Shown piece after piece: positions 59,783 through 64,000 of a DNA stretch of 64,000 nucleotides; within the stretch, counting starts at the first letter, position 1; each line of letters opens with the position of its first letter. The stretch comes from an uncultured Microthrixaceae bacterium (GTDB lineage: Bacteria; Actinomycetota; Acidimicrobiia; Acidimicrobiales; DATDAH01). A program made the translations under genes and the position numbers. The stretch is taken from assembly GCA_963792205.1 (NCBI GenBank), contig CAWBVI010000004.1:1012640-1076639 (forward strand). The letters run 5' to 3'. Below the pieces are notes generated by a model. It made no database searches, was not told the origin of the DNA, and saw nothing but the letters and a program-made list of their open reading frames with translations.

Positions 59783-61200
59783 CAGCTCTCCTGTTCCGGC
59801 CGCAGGGTCGGGAACGCGATCACGTCCCGGATGGCGGGCGAGTCGGTCAGCAGCATCACCAGACGGTCGATGCCGATGCCGAGCCCACCGGTCGGCGGCA
59901 ACCCGTACTCGAGGGCCCGAAGGTAGTCCTCGTCGACGGCCATGGCCTCCTCGTCGCCCGCCTCGCCCTGGCGGGCCTGGTCCTCGAACCGGGCGCGCTG
60001 CTCGACGGGGTCGATCAGCTCGGAGAAGGCGTTGCCCAGCTCCCGTCCCGTCACGATGGCTTCGAAGCGCTCGACCATCTCGGGCAGCTCGCGGTGGTCC
60101 CGCGAGAGCGGCGACACCTCCTTGGGGTAGTCGGTGACGAACACGGGGTCCCAGAGCGTCGACTCCACGTGCTTCTCGTAGAGCTCCAGCAGGATCTTGC
60201 CCGTGCCCCAGGAGTCCTCGGGCTCGAGGCCGTGCTCCCGGGCCACCGCGCGCGCCTCCTCGACCGGGCGGCGCACGTCGAGGCGCACCCCGATGGCCTC
60301 CTCGACGAGGTCGGTCAGCGCCGCCCGCCGCCACGGCGTGGCCAGGTCCAGCTCGCGACCCCCGACCATGACCTTCGTCCCGCCGGTGACCTCGGTGGCG
60401 ACGAAGGCGACGAGCTCCTCGGTCAGGCGCATGATGTCCGAGTAGTCCGCATAGGCCTGATAGAGCTCGAGCATCGTGAACTCGGGGTTGTGGCGGGGGG
60501 ACAGGCCCTCGTTGCGGAACACCCGGCCGATCTCGAAGACCCGTTCGATCCCGCCGACGACCAGGCGCTTCAGATAGAGCTCGGGGGCGATGCGGAGGTA
60601 GATGTCCAGGTCGAGCGCGTTGTGGCGGGTGACGAACGGCTTGGCCAGCGCCCCGCCGGGGATCGGGTGGAACACGGGCGTCTCGACCTCGACGAAGCCA
60701 CGGTCCTCCAGCCAACGCCGGCACAACGAGACGATGCGGGAGCGGGCCAGGAGCGTGTCCCGGGCCTCCTCGGTCACCCAGAGGTCGACGTAGCGCTGGC
60801 GGTAGCGGGTGTCGGGGTCGTGGAGCCCGTGCCACTTGTCCGGGAACGGCCGGACGGGCCGGGCCAGGACCTCCCAGCGGGTGACCTTGACCGACAGCTC
60901 GCCCTTGCGGGTCTTCACCACCTCGCCGGTGGCGAGGATCCAGGTGCCGAGGGGCAGGGCGCTGAGCTCGGCGAAGTCGGGCGTGACCTTCTCGAGCGAG
61001 AACAGCTGGAGGTCACCGGTCAGGTCCCGGAGCGTGGAGAAGGCCAGCCGGCCGTGCGGGCGCTGGAGCATCAGCCGGCCGGCGACGGTCACCTCCTGGC
61101 CGGTCTCCTCGCCGTCCTCGATGCCGTGCCAACGCTCGACCACGTCCTCGGCGTGGTGGGTCGGCTCGACCCGGTACGGCACCCCGGACGGGTCGGCCAT
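59782..61200 (-). CDS. lysS: Lysine--tRNA ligase (class II)
   Basis: [37 protein letters not shown] and [17 protein letters not shown]. Confidence 0.98.
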   Translation of the reverse strand: MADPSGVPYRVEPTHHAEDVVERWHGIEDGEETGQEVTVAGRLMLQRPHGRLAFSTLRDLTGDLQLFSLEKVTPDFAELSALPLGTWILATGEVVKTRKGELSVKVTRWEVLARPVRPFPDKWHGLHDPDTRYRQRYVDLWVTEEARDTLLARSRIVSLCRRWLEDRGFVEVETPVFHPIPGGALAKPFVTRHNALDLDIYLRIAPELYLKRLVVGGIERVFEIGRVFRNEGLSPRHNPEFTMLELYQAYADYSDIMRLTEELVAFVATEVTGGTKVMVGGRELDLATPWRRAALTDLVEEAIGVRLDVRRPVEEARAVAREHGLEPEDSWGTGKILLELYEKHVESTLWDPVFVTDYPKEVSPLSRDHRELPEMVERFEAIVTGRELGNAFSELIDPVEQRARFEDQARQGEAGDEEAMAVDEDYLRALEYGLPPTGGLGIGIDRLVMLLTDSPAIRDVIAFPTLRPEQES

Positions 61201-62006
61201 CAGGCGTCGTCGTCCTCGGTGTTCATGCCGTACACGAGGCGCAGGCCGTGGAGCGTGAGCCACGGTTCGACGTGCTCGATCGACTCGGTGAACGGGGCGA
61301 TCAGCGGGCTCAGCCCGCCCGTGCCCACCACGGTGCAGTCGCCCAGCTCGTCGATGATGCGGGCGCACAGCCCGTCGACCTGGGCGGCGTACCCGTAGAC
61401 GATGCCGGACTGGATCGACTCCACCGTGGTTCGACCCAGCACCGACCGCGGCTCGGCCAGCTCCACCTGGCGCAGGGCGGCGGCCCGGCCCACGAGGGCG
61501 TCGAGGCTGATCTCGACCCCGGGGGCGATGGCGCCACCGAGGTACTCGCCTTCGGCCGAGATGGCGTCGCAGGTCGTGGCCGTGCCGAAGTCCACCATGA
61601 TCGTCGGGCCGCCGTAGAGGTCGAAGGCGGCGACGGCGTTGGCGATCCGGTCGGCCCCGACCTCCCTCGGGTTGTCCGTGCGGATGGCCACGCCCGTGCG
61701 GACCCCTGGCTCGAGCACCACGGCCTCCCGGCCGAGGTACCGCGCGGACATGTTGCGCAGGTTGCTCATCACCCTCGGCACGCCGGACGAGATGACCATG
61801 CCCTCGACGACGTCGAGCCAGCTGGTGCGCTTGGCGGCGAAGAAGCCCTGGAACATCACCGCGTGCTCGTCGGCCGTGCGCTCGGCGTGGGTGGCGATGC
61901 GCCAGTGGTCGAGCAGGCCGTCGTCGGCCGTCTTGGGGTCGTCGACGTCGAGGTCGTAGAGCCCGATCACGGTGTCGGTGTTGCCCGCGTCGACCGCCAG
62001 CAGCAT
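61200..62006 (-). CDS. coaX: Type III pantothenate kinase
   Basis: [33 protein letters not shown] and LTLHGL. Confidence 0.95.
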   Translation of the reverse strand: MLLAVDAGNTDTVIGLYDLDVDDPKTADDGLLDHWRIATHAERTADEHAVMFQGFFAAKRTSWLDVVEGMVISSGVPRVMSNLRNMSARYLGREAVVLEPGVRTGVAIRTDNPREVGADRIANAVAAFDLYGGPTIMVDFGTATTCDAISAEGEYLGGAIAPGVEISLDALVGRAAALRQVELAEPRSVLGRTTVESIQSGIVYGYAAQVDGLCARIIDELGDCTVVGTGGLSPLIAPFTESIEHVEPWLTLHGLRLVYGMNTEDDDA

Positions 62007-62876
62007 CAGGCGCCCGGCTCCACGTCGAGCCCGAGGTCCAAGGCCTTGGCCGAGTCGGTGAGCGCGCCGGCGGAGATGGCGTCGACCCCGCTGGCCCGGT
62101 AGGCCGCGGCGGTCTCGAGGGTGATGCCCCCCGACGCCTCGATCAGGCACCGGCGCCCGGCGAGCACCTCCCGGGCGGCGGCGGCCGCCTTGCGGGCGTC
62201 CTCGGGGCCCAGGTTGTCGAGCAACAGCGCGTCGGCCCCCGCCTCGGCGGCGGCCACGGCCCGCTCGACCGAATCGCACTCCACGTGGATGGTGCGCCCG
62301 GGCCAGACCTCGCGGGCCCGGGCCACGGTCGCGCCGATGTCGAGCACGGTGAGGTGGTTGTCCTTCAACATCACCCAGTCCGACAGGCTGCCCCGATGGT
62401 TGGCGCCGCCTCCGGCCCGGACGGCCGCCTTCTCGAGTGCCCGCAGGCCGGGCAGGGTCTTGCGGGTGTCCCACACCAGGACGTCGGGCCCCACGGCTTC
62501 GACGAAGCGGTGGGTCAGCGTGGCCACACCGGAGAGGTGGCGGGCGAAGTTCAGGGCCGTCCGCTCGGCGGTCAGGATCGACCGCAGCGGCCCCCGGACC
62601 CGGGCGACGACCGCGCCCGGGACGAGCGCCACGCCGTCGTCGGCGTCCCAGTCGACCGCGACCCCGGGATCGACCTGCGCAAAGGTCTCGTCGACACAGG
62701 CCCGGCCCGCGAACACCCCCTCGGCCCGTGACGCCAGCACGGCGGTGGCCTGAGCCTCCTGCGGCACCAGGAGCGCGCTCGAGGTCCCCCAACGGGGTGA
62801 GGTCCTCCGCCAGGGCCCGCGCGACGGCCTCCCGGACGGCGTGACGCGGCGGGTCCGCCGGTCGGGGGGTGACCAT
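62006..62876 (-). CDS. nadC: Nicotinate-nucleotide diphosphorylase (quinolinate phosphoribosyltransferase); one frameshift near 62781
   Basis: ALAEDL..GD in one frame; [33 protein letters not shown] and GALT in the next. Confidence 0.92.
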
Positions 62877-62936
62877 GCCTGGCAGCGTAGTTGGCGGTCC
62901 CTCCGCCTCTCCGGGCCGAACCCGTACCCTCGGCGG

Positions 62937-63428
62937 ATGGCACCAGGACCGGGCCAGATCGAAGAAGACGACCTCCCTGGCATCGGACGCCGCTTCACCT
63001 TCGGGCTGGCGGATGGCGCCAGCGTCTGCGTCGTCATCCACCACACGGGCCGTCGCGACGTGTACCTGACGACCGATCCGGACGAGGACGCCACCGTCGT
63101 CTCCATCGAAGACGACACCGCCCGCCGGCTGGGTGCGGTCATCGCCGGCTCCTACTTCACGCCCGCGGCCGTACAGCAGGTGGAGGCCGTGATCGGTGGG
63201 CTGCTCATCGACTGGGTGACCGTGCGGGAAGGGTCGGCGATCGCCGACACCTCCATCGCCGACGCCCAGATCCGGCACCGCAGCCGCATGACGGTCGCGG
63301 CCATCGTGCGGGGCGACGACCAGATCGTCGCTCCCGAACCGGACGAGGTGGTCCGGGTCGGTGACCAGCTGGTGGTCATGGGCCGGCCCGAGGACCTGGC
63401 CGGCTTCCTGGACCAGTTCATCCATTGA
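62937..63428 (+). CDS. Cation:proton antiporter regulatory subunit (KhtT-like, TrkA-C domain)
   Basis: LPGIGRRF, HHTGRRDVY, IDWV and VAAIVRG..GDQLVVMG. Confidence 0.88.
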   Translation: MAPGPGQIEEDDLPGIGRRFTFGLADGASVCVVIHHTGRRDVYLTTDPDEDATVVSIEDDTARRLGAVIAGSYFTPAAVQQVEAVIGGLLIDWVTVREGSAIADTSIADAQIRHRSRMTVAAIVRGDDQIVAPEPDEVVRVGDQLVVMGRPEDLAGFLDQFIH

Positions 63429-63432
63429 GCTG

Positions 63433-64000
63433 ATGGGCGAGACCCTCGTCGCCCTCGGGGGCGCGTTCGTGGCCGCCGCCATCCTGGGCCGCGCCGGCCG
63501 CCGCCTCGGGTTGCCCACCATCCCGCTCTTCATGCTCGCCGGCGTCGTGTTGGGCCCGAACACGCCGGGATGGGAGGTCGTCAGCCATCCGGAGGACTTC
63601 GAGCTCGTCGCGGCGATCGGCCTCGTCCTGCTCCTCTTCTACCTGGGCCTCGAGTTCTCGCTGGGCGACCTGCTCGCCGGTGGCACCAAGCTGCTCGGGA
63701 GCGGTGGGGTCTACCTGGCGCTGAACATCGGTGGTGGCCTGCTGCTCGGGCTGGCGTTCGGCTGGGGCGGCGCGGAGGCCTTGGTGATCGCCGGCGTCGT
63801 GGGCATCTCGTCGTCGGCCATCGTGACCAAGCTCCTCATCGAGCTGAAGCGGCTGGCCAACCCCGAGACCCGCCTGATCCTGGGTGTGGTGGTGGTCGAG
63901 GACGTCTTCCTCGCCCTCTACCTGGCCGCGCTCCAACCGCTGCTCGACGATGCCTCGGGCGCCGGCGACGCCCTGTGGTCCTTCGGGAAGGCCGTCCTGT
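63433..64000 (+). CDS. CPA2-family cation:proton antiporter (KhtU-like), 3' truncated by the window
   Basis: LPTIPLFMLAG, GLVLLLFYLGLEFS, ISSSAIVTK, RLANPET and VVEDV. Confidence 0.9.
   Translation, partial: MGETLVALGGAFVAAAILGRAGRRLGLPTIPLFMLAGVVLGPNTPGWEVVSHPEDFELVAAIGLVLLLFYLGLEFSLGDLLAGGTKLLGSGGVYLALNIGGGLLLGLAFGWGGAEALVIAGVVGISSSAIVTKLLIELKRLANPETRLILGVVVVEDVFLALYLAALQPLLDDASGAGDALWSFGKAVL

Overview
High-GC, gene-dense chromosomal segment of an actinobacterium (gene content suggests class Acidimicrobiia; inference). It is mostly core metabolism. It carries heme O and heme A synthases, clpS, larE, alaX, a branched-chain ABC transporter split around an ALDH/flavin oxidase/decarboxylase cluster, chdC (hemQ), an FtsH-like AAA protease, a selenocysteine formate dehydrogenase operon, groEL with a CIRCE box, gpgS, otsA/otsB, tRNA-Thr(UGU), an orphan CoxL-like subunit, radA-disA, ispD-ispF-rlmB, clpC, lysS-coaX-nadC and khtTU-like genes. 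I saw no integrase, transposase, CRISPR array or rRNA. Seven small indels break six otherwise intact genes and are probably assembly errors. Four observations stand out. (1) A near full-length cytochrome c oxidase subunit I paralog lies directly downstream of heme O synthase; all six metal-ligand histidines and the D- and K-channel residues are replaced, and the ORF track misses most of it. (2) The Sec-containing FDH has an in-frame UGA and SECIS-like hairpin, and its alpha subunit is split, with the Fe-S part encoded two genes downstream. (3) Two copies of a 51-bp covarying palindrome appear to supply the ATG and an MTxxSGART N-terminus to unrelated genes. (4) MIRU-like mini-ORF inserts bridge stop and start codons inside operons. 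All translations and motif comparisons were done by eye; no database search was run.
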